Virus record (IMG/VR): IMGVR_UViG_3300044638_007100
Source of the DNA: a virus
DNA: 64,000 nucleotides
Reading direction: 5' to 3' (one strand)
Below, piece after piece: positions 10,468 through 18,988 of the stretch. A model generated the notes under the pieces. The model was not told the DNA's origin. It made no database searches and was given only the letters and a program-made list of their open reading frames with translations. The number at the start of each line of letters is the position of its first letter. Within the stretch, counting starts at the first letter, position 1. The translations under genes and the position numbers were made by a program.

Positions 10468-10904
10468 TGTCATATAAGGGAAAATATCAACCATCCTTTC
10501 CTGAAAAATATAATGGTGATCCAACAAATATCATCTATAGGTCTTTATGGGAAAGAAAGTTTTGTGTCTATTGTGATACAAATCAAAACATCATATCTTG
10601 GGAATCTGAAGAAAAAGCAATTCCTTATCGCTCACCAATAGACGGAAAAATTCACAGATACTACCCCGACTTTCTCATAAAAGTAAAAGAACCTAATGGT
10701 TCAATCAAAAAATATATGATTGAGGTTAAACCTAAAAAGCAAACTGCACCCCCTCCTAAACCTCAAAGACAAACAAAAAGATATATTAGTGAAGTTTATG
10801 AATATGCTAAGAATCAGGCAAAATGGGAGGCAGCAAAAGAATGGTGTGCTGATCGTGGTTATGAATTTAAAATCATCACAGAAGATAACCTAAACATCCG
10901 TTAA
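10467..10904 (+). CDS. gp4: Head completion protein gp4
   Basis: YKGKYQP..PEKY.GDPTNIIYRSLWE...YYPDF...IEVKP...NQAKWEAA. Confidence 0.92.
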   Translation: MSYKGKYQPSFPEKYNGDPTNIIYRSLWERKFCVYCDTNQNIISWESEEKAIPYRSPIDGKIHRYYPDFLIKVKEPNGSIKKYMIEVKPKKQTAPPPKPQRQTKRYISEVYEYAKNQAKWEAAKEWCADRGYEFKIITEDNLNIR

Positions 10905-10908
10905 TTAA

Positions 10909-11490
10909 ATGGCACTCACAGGATACGAAAAACCATTAAAGGATTATACAAAGAAACAGTTGGTTGAGATAGCAAAATCATATACAGTTTATTATCAAAC
11001 AGCGAGTGGGATAGGAAAACTTAGTGGATATGATAGATTAACTAAAGAAGTATTGATTAATATTATCAAAACTGATCTTGATTATGTTGAAGCAAATCCA
11101 CAATTACCAAGAAGAGTTGGTTCGAAGAAAAAAACAAATCAGCTTAAAAATTTAAAAGAATCTTTATTAGGAGGTGAAAGACCAGAAGAACTTATGAATG
11201 AAATATTAACAAGATTGAGTGGAAGTGAAGTCTCTTTTCCAACTCCAGGAAAATATTATACTTACATCTATTATGCAAAAACACCAAGAATTCGTTATGA
11301 TCGACATCCACTGATTCGTGCAGGTGATATTCTACCAAGAGGATTCAGAGGGTTTAATTTTCATCTTGGAAAAATCAGACAATATAATACACAAGATGGT
11401 GATCGATTAGTGAGTGGATTATATGAATTAAGTAGAGAAGAATTTAAAACTCTATTAACAATTCCTTACGGAAAATTAGTTCAGAACTAA
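10909..11490 (+). CDS. gp2: DNA end protector gp2-like
   Basis: GKYYTYIYYAKT...YDRHPLI...GFRGFNFHLG motif; follows gp4. Confidence 0.7.
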   Translation: MALTGYEKPLKDYTKKQLVEIAKSYTVYYQTASGIGKLSGYDRLTKEVLINIIKTDLDYVEANPQLPRRVGSKKKTNQLKNLKESLLGGERPEELMNEILTRLSGSEVSFPTPGKYYTYIYYAKTPRIRYDRHPLIRAGDILPRGFRGFNFHLGKIRQYNTQDGDRLVSGLYELSREEFKTLLTIPYGKLVQN

Positions 11491-11512
11491 TAATAAATAG
11501 TTAAAAAAATAA

Positions 11513-12415
11513 ATGTCGGATCCAAAACCTTTTTTAAGATATCCAATAAAAAATATTGGCAATCAAGACGATTATTTTAAAATTCAAATTATTAAATATG
11601 AACCACCTGGTCTCGGTTTAACCGGAGGTTTTGCATTACAGACAACAGAAAATGCACTAAAAGGTGTTAAAACTGCGATAGAAACTATTATACTTCCAAT
11701 GCCAGCAAATATTCAAGATAATAATGCTGCGGATTGGACTTCTGGATCAATGAATCCTCTTCAAGGAGCAATTGTCAATGCTGCCTCTTCCGCTACTCTA
11801 AGTTCAAATCTATTTGGATCTCTTGCAGAGTCTTTTAAAAAATTTGGATCCAATCTTGACAGCGCAATACAAAGTGGAGAAGGGCAGCAAGCAATAGCAG
11901 CAGGAACTGCCGCTGCGGCATTGTCAGCAGCATTAGGTCAAGGAGATATAAATCAAATAATATCAAGAGCAAGAGGAAATGTATTTAACCAGAATGTTGA
12001 ACTACTCTTCAATGGTGTAACACTGCGTCCAGCATTTAATTTCACTTTTGATATGGTTCCAAGATCTAAAAAAGAAAGTGACATGATTAAAAAGATAATT
12101 CGAAGTTTTAAGCAAAATATGACTCCAAGAAAAGGAACTCCCGAAAATTCAGGTGGAGGTCTTTTCGTTAAAGCACCAAATGTCTTTAAATTGCAGTACA
12201 TGAGTGGAGGAATTCAACATCCATTCTTACATCGTTTTAAACCATGTGCTCTAACACAAATGAATGTAAATTATAATGGTTCAGCACAATATTCAACATA
12301 TCCTGATGCAACACCAGTACATATGCAACTGACATTACAATTTCAAGAGTTATCTCCAATTTATGCGGAGGAATATGATAATACAGAAGAAGGTAGAACT
12401 GGAGTTGGTTACTAA
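11513..12415 (+). CDS. gp48: Baseplate tail-tube cap gp48
   Basis: LRYP start, ILPMPANIQD, NQNVELLF.G..LR.FNF.F...PRS..E, FL.RFKPCALT, TPV...L.L.FQE. Confidence 0.88.
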   Translation: MSDPKPFLRYPIKNIGNQDDYFKIQIIKYEPPGLGLTGGFALQTTENALKGVKTAIETIILPMPANIQDNNAADWTSGSMNPLQGAIVNAASSATLSSNLFGSLAESFKKFGSNLDSAIQSGEGQQAIAAGTAAAALSAALGQGDINQIISRARGNVFNQNVELLFNGVTLRPAFNFTFDMVPRSKKESDMIKKIIRSFKQNMTPRKGTPENSGGGLFVKAPNVFKLQYMSGGIQHPFLHRFKPCALTQMNVNYNGSAQYSTYPDATPVHMQLTLQFQELSPIYAEEYDNTEEGRTGVGY

Positions 12416-13101
12416 TGTCTTACTTTAGAGAACTACCAAATTTAGAATATCAATCTTTCCTCTCAGATAAACAGTCTGTTGATAATTATTTGCTTGTAAA
12501 GAATTTATTTCGTCGCGTAAAACTTCGTGATGATCTTCAAAATGTTTTTACTATCTTTAACAAATATCAAATTACAGATGGATCAAGACCAGATCTTGTG
12601 GCTGAAGAACTTTATGGAAGTAGTCAATATGATTGGGTAGTCTTAGTATGTGCGGAAATTACCAGAGTTAGAGATCAATGGCCACTTTCAAATTATCAAC
12701 TTTACCAGTATGCTGAGGAACTTTATGGTAATGATTTAAATTCAATTCACCATTATGAAACAATTGAAGTTAGAGATTCTCAAGGTTGTTTGATTCTTCC
12801 TGCAGGAAAAATAGTTGATTCAAACTTCAAAATATCTTATTACGATAAAGGAAAAATTTATACAAATGATATTAGTTTAGGTGAAAACATTATAAGTATT
12901 CCAAATCCAATAGTAGGTATTAGCAATTATGAATATGAAGTAAGAAAAAATGATGAGAAAAGAACAATCTATGTCCTAAAACCAACTTACTTGCAGCAAA
13001 TAATTAATGATACAAGAAAAGCAATGACTTATGATAGGTCATCGCAATATATAAACAACAGATTGATTAAAACCGAAAATACCAGAATATTAAATTCATA
13101 A
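12415..13101 (+). CDS. gp53: Baseplate wedge protein gp53
   Basis: MSYFRELPNL...KNLFRR..LR, RPD.VA..LYG, HHYET motifs. Confidence 0.88.
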   Translation: MSYFRELPNLEYQSFLSDKQSVDNYLLVKNLFRRVKLRDDLQNVFTIFNKYQITDGSRPDLVAEELYGSSQYDWVVLVCAEITRVRDQWPLSNYQLYQYAEELYGNDLNSIHHYETIEVRDSQGCLILPAGKIVDSNFKISYYDKGKIYTNDISLGENIISIPNPIVGISNYEYEVRKNDEKRTIYVLKPTYLQQIINDTRKAMTYDRSSQYINNRLIKTENTRILNS

Positions 13102-13125
13102 AAAAAGGGAGTCCCTTGAACTCCC
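13101..13125 (-). terminator. Intrinsic terminator after gp32
   Basis: GGGAGT/ACTCCC stem followed by a T-run on the minus strand; lies between convergent genes. Confidence 0.75.
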
Positions 13126-13142
13126 CAGATTATAGCAACTAA

Positions 13143-14069
13143 TCAATCATCAGATGCTAATTTTGCAAAATATGAAAGAGCATCGTCATCATCATCCTCC
13201 ACAGGTGCAGAAACTGCACGGGTTGGTTTCAGATTATTCAGTTCGCTACGAAGATCATCATTGAGTTCCTTTGTGGAACCGCGATAATCATCTTCATCCT
13301 CAACTTCTTCATCAATACGATTCGAAGTTTTAGCACCCAGAACAGAATCAAGACGCTTCTTCAGTTCATCATAAGTCTTGTATTCGCTAGGAGAAGTGAA
13401 TTCTGCAAGAGAATACTGCTTCTTCCAGATTGCTTCCATAGCATCATCATCGTCCAGAAGAGCACCCTGAGCGGCAAATTCGCTGGAGTCATAGTTACGA
13501 TAACCAGCAACGTTCTTTGCCTTCAGTTTGAAGTTAGCACCTTGCCAGAAATCAAATGGATCAATAGGAGACTCATCTTCAAATTCAGGTTGCATTGCCT
13601 CAGTAAGTTTGTCAAAGATTTTCTTACCATACTTGAACAGGAAGACCTTACCTTCATTATCAGGATTTGCAGGATCCTTCACAACATAGATATTGCTTAC
13701 ATAAGTCAGTTTGCGCTTTTGCTTACGTGCAACTTCTTTACCAGCATCAGTGCCGTTGTTCCACAGACTAGAATTATACTCACAAACAGGACACTTTTGC
13801 CCATTCAGAGTGGTCAGGCAGTTATCAATCAACCAACCACCAGGCCCCTGAAAGGCATGAGAATAAACCTTCACAAAGGGAAGATCTTCTCCATCGGGAG
13901 CAGGAAGAAAACGGATTACGGCATAACCATTACCGCTTTTATCAACGTCTAACTTCCAAAGACGGTCATCAGAAGAACCGCTAGTAGTATTCATTTTTTC
14001 GACTTCTTTCACCAGTTTGGCGGTGAGAGAACCAAGTTTGGATTGTTTCTTAAGATCGGCAAAGCCCAT
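13143..14069 (-). CDS. gp32: Single-stranded DNA-binding protein gp32
   Basis: DDRLWKL..DKSGNGYAVIRFLP, HAFQGPGGW.I.NC.TT, YGKKIFDK, acidic tail ending ALSYFAKLA. Confidence 0.95.
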   Translation of the reverse strand: MGFADLKKQSKLGSLTAKLVKEVEKMNTTSGSSDDRLWKLDVDKSGNGYAVIRFLPAPDGEDLPFVKVYSHAFQGPGGWLIDNCLTTLNGQKCPVCEYNSSLWNNGTDAGKEVARKQKRKLTYVSNIYVVKDPANPDNEGKVFLFKYGKKIFDKLTEAMQPEFEDESPIDPFDFWQGANFKLKAKNVAGYRNYDSSEFAAQGALLDDDDAMEAIWKKQYSLAEFTSPSEYKTYDELKKRLDSVLGAKTSNRIDEEVEDEDDYRGSTKELNDDLRSELNNLKPTRAVSAPVEDDDDDALSYFAKLASDD

Positions 14070-14111
14070 TTAGATACCTCGGATAAATTGGATTCGTTGG
14101 ATTACTTGTAT

Positions 14112-14140
14112 AGTATAGCAAAGATTGCTAGATTAGTCAA
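14112..14140 (-). promoter_or_regulatory. Sigma70-type promoter upstream of gp32
   Basis: TTGACT (14140-14135), 17 bp, TATACT (14117-14112). Confidence 0.7.
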
Positions 14141-14462
14141 GATACTTCTTGAGAGATTCAATCGTTTTGTTCATACTTGTGAACAAAACCTGAATATCAG
14201 TTTCAGGAGGAAATCCCATTATAGCAACTGATTTTCTCAAATTCTCTTTCATTTCTAATGCTGCTGGGTCATCAGAAAGAGATAATCTAGTATACATTAT
14301 ACGTTGTTTATCAAGCAAAATTGTAAGTTTTTCAATATGTTCTAATTTTTCTTCACGATCCATCATAGCAAAAGTAAGAATACTTCCGTAAAGTTCTTCT
14401 TGTAATTTGTTAATTTCTTTCAGTTCATCCTGAATAATTTCAGAATCAAAAAATTTACTCAT
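14133..14462 (-). CDS. Conserved cyanophage protein (DUF1825-like)
   Basis: MS.FFDSEII..EL.EI..LQ...QRIMYTRLSLSDDP pattern; usual position between gp59 and gp32. Confidence 0.65.
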   Translation of the reverse strand: MSKFFDSEIIQDELKEINKLQEELYGSILTFAMMDREEKLEHIEKLTILLDKQRIMYTRLSLSDDPAALEMKENLRKSVAIMGFPPETDIQVLFTSMNKTIESLKKYLD

Positions 14463-15045
14463 CTATAATTTCCCGTAAGATTTTTTTGTATGAGAACACG
14501 TCAATATTTAGAAAGGGTTTGTATTTTGATATTTTTAAACTTACGGTTTCCCATACAGGATCCAAAAGTTTCTTATCAAAATCTTTTGAAAAGTGAAATA
14601 TTTTGTCGTAGATTACGAAGTTTTCGATAAATAATCTCCCGCTTAGAAACCTTTTGAGAATTGGTGGATGACCTTTGGTGCAATTGAAGACATCGTTCAA
14701 TTCGGTTTCCGAGAACAATTCTGTCGATTGCTCCTTGAACAAGTAACTCAAACTCTGCTGTCTTCGCATCCACTCTGCATATGTTCTTTCTCCAGAATTG
14801 ATAATTTGTCCAATCCATAAATTCTGCGGGTTGTCTGTTGATATGAAATTTGCTACTAAAAAGTCTACGACTTCTTTATCATTATACTTTCTTGAAGTTT
14901 TCTCAAAAAAATATTTATCGCGCCGTTTGTTAAAAGAAGTGACTGATGCTCTAGTTTTTGCACCATATTTGAAAAAATCATATTTAGAGTTAGTAAAGTG
15001 GTTTTTTAGTGAAAGATAATGTTGATAGCATTCAAAGGGACTCAT
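14455..15045 (-). CDS. gp59: Helicase loader gp59
   Basis: MSPFECYQHYLSLKNHFT..KYDFFKY; likely start is ATG 15045, overlapping the gp33 stop (TAATG), rather than 15105. Confidence 0.88.
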   Translation of the reverse strand: MSPFECYQHYLSLKNHFTNSKYDFFKYGAKTRASVTSFNKRRDKYFFEKTSRKYNDKEVVDFLVANFISTDNPQNLWIGQIINSGERTYAEWMRRQQSLSYLFKEQSTELFSETELNDVFNCTKGHPPILKRFLSGRLFIENFVIYDKIFHFSKDFDKKLLDPVWETVSLKISKYKPFLNIDVFSYKKILREIIDE

Positions 15046-15305
15046 TAGATAGGCAAACAAGCACGGGAGGTCTTTTTCATAAAATTGAGACGAATTGCAT
15101 CCCACTTCAGTCGTTCTTTAAGAGGTTTTGAAATAAGTTTCGTAACTGATTCTATTTCAAGATTATTAATTTCACAATAATGGCATATTGCATCAATATA
15201 ATTCATTTTTTCAAGTGCCACAATGCTTTCGATTTCCAGAGCAAATTTAGAAGGAGTTAAAAACTTATTTTCTATTGCTTTTTCTAGTTCTTTATTTTGT
15301 TCCAT
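15045..15305 (-). CDS. gp33: Late transcription co-activator gp33
   Basis: NYIDAICHYCE.N..EIESV.KLISKPLKE.LK..A..LNFMK; likely start MEQNKEL at 15305. Confidence 0.9.
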   Translation of the reverse strand: MEQNKELEKAIENKFLTPSKFALEIESIVALEKMNYIDAICHYCEINNLEIESVTKLISKPLKERLKWDAIRLNFMKKTSRACLPI

Positions 15306-16017
15306 ACTGTTCCAGTTTATCTCTAACAAACTCTCTAATGTATTCGGTGAGTAGTTTGATGTACTTTGATTTGTCATATTCTTCATAGACGACGCATTCT
15401 CCATTTTCGCAAGCCATAATGATTACCAGTTTTTTAACAGAAATACCTGTTAGTTCATACAGCATACAACCATATGCCATACATTGAACAAAATAATGTT
15501 CAATCCACTCGCGTGGTTTTGGTTTTTTAGAAGTTTTAAAGTCAATTATTGCCAGTTCGCCATCAAACTCCCCTATACAGTCAACAGTACCTGCAATTCC
15601 AAGAACTTTGCTGTATAAAGACCCTTCAAGAGCATGAATATTATTTATACGATTCAGATCTTTCTTAGCAATATCAAATAAAAACTGAGATAAAGGTTGA
15701 ACTTCTGGAAGATCATCATTCTTCAAATGATGCTCAACTAGCGTGTGCATATCTGTTCCACGACTAGTTGCTTGTTGCGTGATCTTGTCTGCTTCTTTGT
15801 CGCCAACCTTTTTGCGCCATTTAACAAATACCTGGCGATTTTTATGACTGGTAACAGAAGTAATCGAAACTAATCTTAAAAGTTGATCTAAATCTGGAAC
15901 CTTATAATATCGAATGCCATCTATAGTCTCCCTTTCTAACTTAGGGAGTTCAATATCAACATGATTAAATTTTTGACCATGAATTTCATTATATTTTTCA
16001 ATCAAAGAGTTTGTCAT
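15292..16017 (-). CDS. PD-(D/E)XK exonuclease (conserved cyanophage exonuclease A)
   Basis: RGT.MH, AGTVDCIGEFDGELAIIDFKTS, YFVQC.AY motifs. Confidence 0.85.
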   Translation of the reverse strand: MTNSLIEKYNEIHGQKFNHVDIELPKLERETIDGIRYYKVPDLDQLLRLVSITSVTSHKNRQVFVKWRKKVGDKEADKITQQATSRGTDMHTLVEHHLKNDDLPEVQPLSQFLFDIAKKDLNRINNIHALEGSLYSKVLGIAGTVDCIGEFDGELAIIDFKTSKKPKPREWIEHYFVQCMAYGCMLYELTGISVKKLVIIMACENGECVVYEEYDKSKYIKLLTEYIREFVRDKLEQYGTK

Positions 16018-16769
16018 TAAAATCCAGCATCTATTTTTGCAATAATGTATTCTTTAACAAGTCCAGAACGAACAATGTCTTCTACACCAAATTCAATTAT
16101 ATCAAAAGAAGGCATTTTACGCAAGACTGTCATAAAATCTACAATACCATTACGCTCATTTGTTTTTACAAGATCTGATTGAGTTCCGTCTCCACAAAAA
16201 CAAATTTTTGTATTTTCACCAACACGAGTGATAATAGAATCCAATTCATGGAAATTAAGATTTTGAAACTCATCTACAATAATAATAGCATTGTCAAGAG
16301 TTGTTCCACGAAGAAATGAAGTGCTCCAGAACTTAATCGTTTCTTGTGATTTTAGATTGCCATAGAGCATTTCAAAGTCAACATCGGAAGGCATCTGAAA
16401 CATATACTTCACCATATTCTTATAAGGAATTTGGTAGATATCTGCCTTATCATCATGTGTTCCTGGAAGAAACCCGATCTCACGGGTTGCAACTAATGAA
16501 CGAACAAGATAAATTTTTTCATAAGGAGTTCTTTCATCAAGAACATCTTTCAAAGCATTGAATAGAGTAATAAAAGTTTTACCAGTTCCGGCACATCCAT
16601 AAGCAACAACATGTTTACCTTCGGCATAAGAATCAAAAAGTCTTCTTTGATTATTAGTAAGAGGATCAATATCAATTAAATATTCACTACTTAATGGTTT
16701 TTTACGCTTTGATTGACGAGTGGTAAGACCAACACCGATTGGTTGATCTGCTCTTTTTCTTCTTGCCAT
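16017..16769 (-). CDS. phoH: PhoH family ATPase
   Basis: Walker A GCAGTGKT, RSLVATREIGFLPG, LRGTTL..AIIIVDEFQN, FCGD..QSDL. Confidence 0.95.
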   Translation of the reverse strand: MARRKRADQPIGVGLTTRQSKRKKPLSSEYLIDIDPLTNNQRRLFDSYAEGKHVVAYGCAGTGKTFITLFNALKDVLDERTPYEKIYLVRSLVATREIGFLPGTHDDKADIYQIPYKNMVKYMFQMPSDVDFEMLYGNLKSQETIKFWSTSFLRGTTLDNAIIIVDEFQNLNFHELDSIITRVGENTKICFCGDGTQSDLVKTNERNGIVDFMTVLRKMPSFDIIEFGVEDIVRSGLVKEYIIAKIDAGF

Positions 16770-17017
16770 TAGATTTTCTTTACAGTTGATTTTGGTGCTT
16801 TGCTTGCACGATCTAAAACTTCATTCCATCCTGGATTTCTTGCGATGAGTTTATCTTTCCATTCACCGACTTCTCCGGGAGAAGGGCAAGTAGAAGGATC
16901 AGACCAGTCACGAGTCCAGTCTGAATTATCTATTTTCCACTGATCCCAGGCGTGGACACTCATTTCCACTTCTTTCTGTTCACCAGTTTTTGTATTCACT
17001 ACAGGATATGTTGCCAT
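16769..17017 (-). CDS. Conserved cyanophage hypothetical protein
   Basis: MATYPV..TKTGEQKEV.MS...WDQW pattern; start and stop coupled to neighbours. Confidence 0.7.
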   Translation of the reverse strand: MATYPVVNTKTGEQKEVEMSVHAWDQWKIDNSDWTRDWSDPSTCPSPGEVGEWKDKLIARNPGWNEVLDRASKAPKSTVKKI

Positions 17018-17045
17018 AAGTTACAAATTCAAGATAATTTATTTA

Positions 17046-17798
17046 TTATGGACTCAACCGTGCTTTATGAAGACGCTTTTCTTCATAATAACCCCAAACA
17101 TTTGGTGCCCATTTTTGAATTTCGGGAGCAATTTGTTCACTTAATGCCTGAATTTCAAGTTGAGCATCCAACTTAGCACGAAGATCAAGAATATGAAGAA
17201 TAGAACGAAGATTGCAAGAAACTACAAAGTTTTGACGAATTCCTTGTGCTAGACCATCACGAATATGTTCTTCACACATTCCCTTTTCATACTTCACAGC
17301 ATAACGCTTACATCCTTCTACATACCATTTCATCTCATCATCATAATCTTCTTGAGTCCATTCATACTTCTTACCCTTACGATTGGTATAGAAACCAGGA
17401 GGACGAGAATAGAAAACTTCATCAGGTTTCAATTCTCCTTGTGCCACCTTCACAACTCTCTTACCAGTGTATCGTTGAGATTGAACATCAAACGTCACAC
17501 CTACCCTGTGAGTCCTTGCTTGCACCATAACGTTGTGGACATACCCAGACACCGAGAATGTAATACCGGGGTGTTCTACAGGTCCCCAGTGCCCTCTCTC
17601 GTTGCTTAGAAGTTGCTCCACAATCCACTCACCACACTTCTGCGGTGTAGGAATTTGTTGATGATGAATAGGAATTTCCGAATAGTCACACTTTCCTGCT
17701 TGGTAAATTACCTGCTCTGGAATTGGATATCCTTGAAGTTTTACTACTTCAAGTCTCTTATCAAGTTCAAGAAGATCTTTTGCTTTAATAGGTCTCAT
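17046..17798 (-). CDS. thyX: FAD-dependent thymidylate synthase
   Basis: GHWGPVEH, QARTHR.GV.FDVQSQRY (ThyX motif), N.RS..H.LDLR. Confidence 0.9.
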   Translation of the reverse strand: MRPIKAKDLLELDKRLEVVKLQGYPIPEQVIYQAGKCDYSEIPIHHQQIPTPQKCGEWIVEQLLSNERGHWGPVEHPGITFSVSGYVHNVMVQARTHRVGVTFDVQSQRYTGKRVVKVAQGELKPDEVFYSRPPGFYTNRKGKKYEWTQEDYDDEMKWYVEGCKRYAVKYEKGMCEEHIRDGLAQGIRQNFVVSCNLRSILHILDLRAKLDAQLEIQALSEQIAPEIQKWAPNVWGYYEEKRLHKARLSP

Positions 17799-17962
17799 TT
17801 CTTTCCAAATCCTTTTGATGTTTTTGCTTCAAGTTCTGCAAGTTCTTGTTTTACAACTCGCAATTGTTGTTTCATTTCTACCAGTTGCTCATCAGAATAA
17901 AGATGATCTTGTTTACTCAATCTTTCAAGCAACTTTACCAGTTCTTTTGCTCTATTCGTCAT
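17795..17962 (-). CDS. Small conserved cyanophage protein (55 aa, ends KGFGKK)
   Basis: Read by hand: MTNRAKELVKLLERL...SKGFGKK; stop overlaps the thyX ATG (ATGA). Confidence 0.7.
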   Translation of the reverse strand: MTNRAKELVKLLERLSKQDHLYSDEQLVEMKQQLRVVKQELAELEAKTSKGFGKK

Positions 17963-18143
17963 CTAAATCACTATCCTCAAAAATTTCGTCATAATCTAAA
18001 ACTGCCCGTTTTCTCATCGGTTCCATAGGAGTATAAGCAGAAACATCAGAATAGATTTCTGCCTTTAATGAATCCACAAGCAATTCCATATTACGAACAA
18101 TAAGTTTTAATTTTTCTTTGTCCATATCTTGTAATACTCTCAT
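17952..18143 (-). CDS. Small conserved cyanophage protein
   Basis: MDKEKLKLIVRNMELLVDSLKAEIYSD; true start is probably the internal MDKE. Confidence 0.65.
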   Translation of the reverse strand: MRVLQDMDKEKLKLIVRNMELLVDSLKAEIYSDVSAYTPMEPMRKRAVLDYDEIFEDSDLDDE

Positions 18144-18146
18144 CTC

Positions 18147-18182
18147 ATTTTACATAAAAAAAGGGAGGATGTCAATCCTCCC
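18147..18182 (-). promoter_or_regulatory. Fused terminator/sigma70 promoter (-35 box forms the hairpin loop)
   Basis: GGGAGGA-TTGACA-TCCTCCC-TTTTTTT; TTGACA(18175-70), 17 bp, TAAAAT(18152-47). Confidence 0.75.
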
Positions 18183-18186
18183 AGTT

Positions 18187-18288
18187 TCAGGCAACTTGTG
18201 GTTTTTTTGCCATATTCAGTTGTGCTACTTGAAGGAGTTTTTCCTTCTTTGCTTTTGTTTTGAGATAGCGAACGAAATAAGTGTTCAT
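18187..18288 (-). CDS. Small basic peptide (33 aa)
   Basis: MNTYFVRYLKTKAKKEKLLQVAQLNMAKKPQVA; ATGA overlap with the upstream DUF4278-like ORF. Confidence 0.55.
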   Translation of the reverse strand: MNTYFVRYLKTKAKKEKLLQVAQLNMAKKPQVA

Positions 18289-18422
18289 TTGTGCCCCTCC
18301 TTTACATACTTAATACCACGATAGGTTTCGTTGTATTGTTGGGGTTGCTGCATCATTTGCTGTTGGTATTCAATACGCTTTTGGGTATCATATTCAACAC
18401 CACGATATACGACTTTGGACAT
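18285..18422 (-). CDS. DUF4278-like peptide (45 aa), candidate glutamine-synthetase-inactivating factor
   Basis: MSKVVYRGVEYDTQKRIEYQQQMMQQPQQYNETYRGIKYVKEGHK; two YRG(V/I).Y motifs; AAGGAG ribosome-binding site. Confidence 0.7.
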   Translation of the reverse strand: MSKVVYRGVEYDTQKRIEYQQQMMQQPQQYNETYRGIKYVKEGHK

Positions 18423-18454
18423 TAGGTTTGCTCCTTTACTTTTTAGGTATTGGT

Positions 18455-18498
18455 GCGTTGCTTCCCAAATGGTACTTCCGTCGCGTGTGCGATCAACG
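18455..18498 (-). ncRNA. Glutamine riboswitch, glnA motif (class I), compact form
   Basis: CGTTG-[TCGC acac GCGA]-CGGAAGTA-[CCA tt TGG]-GAAGCAACGC reproduces the P1/E-loop consensus CGUUG...GGAAGU...GAAGCAACGC. Confidence 0.85.
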
Positions 18499-18506
18499 TA
18501 CTGTAT

Positions 18507-18542
18507 ATATTAGCATAAAATCAAAAAAGTAGCAACTGATAC
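18507..18542 (-). promoter_or_regulatory. Promoter with an NtcA-type box (GTA-N8-TAC) near -35
   Basis: gtagcaactgatac at 18529-18542; extended -10 TGcTAATAT at 18515-18507; 16-nt gap between box and -10. Confidence 0.55.
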
Positions 18543-18625
18543 CAAAACTGTATCATGCTGCTACCTTTTTAAAAAACTATCGCGTGAGAAATTTTTGGGG
18601 GAAATTTTTTGCCCCCTCAGGGAAA

Positions 18626-18988
18626 TCACTTTCGCTTTTTAGTTTTGGAGGGTGAAGATTTATATCCCCAAAGTCTTGGATTAACTCTACCGTATCCCCA
18701 ATCAATTTTTTTCACGGCGTTAGGGCCAAATTTATCATAATACAAATCAAAGATGCGAACTCTTGTTCCTCTACAAAGATCCATGCATCTATTTCCATCA
18801 ACTTCGTAAACTACAATATAAGCATCAGTAGGAAAAGATGGATCCTTTATAGTTTCATTTGTAGCATTTTCTAGTAAAATTTCACATCCATATTTGGGAG
18901 GAATATCTTTTTTTTCTTCTGGTGTCCATTCCATTTTGAGTGTTTCCTCTTTTACACTACTAACTGTGCTCACGAACGACCCCCCCAT
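18626..18988 (-). CDS. Conserved cyanophage hypothetical protein
   Basis: YGCEIL.ENA...DPS.PTDAY.V.Y...DL.RG...IFD.YYDKFG pattern. Confidence 0.65.
   Translation of the reverse strand: MGGSFVSTVSSVKEETLKMEWTPEEKKDIPPKYGCEILLENATNETIKDPSFPTDAYIVVYEVDGNRCMDLCRGTRVRIFDLYYDKFGPNAVKKIDWGYGRVNPRLWGYKSSPSKTKKRK

Noticed and set aside
15292-16017. Cas4 / CRISPR adaptation gene
   Set aside because: No Fe-S cysteine cluster or cas context; it sits in the conserved phoH-exonuclease-gp33 block of T4-like cyanophages.
16769-17046. Pho box upstream of phoH
   Set aside because: phoH is translationally coupled inside an operon and I see no convincing direct repeat.
18331-18513. Plus-strand 60-aa ORF from the ORF track
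   Set aside because: It overlaps the glutamine riboswitch and the DUF4278-like ORF on the minus strand.
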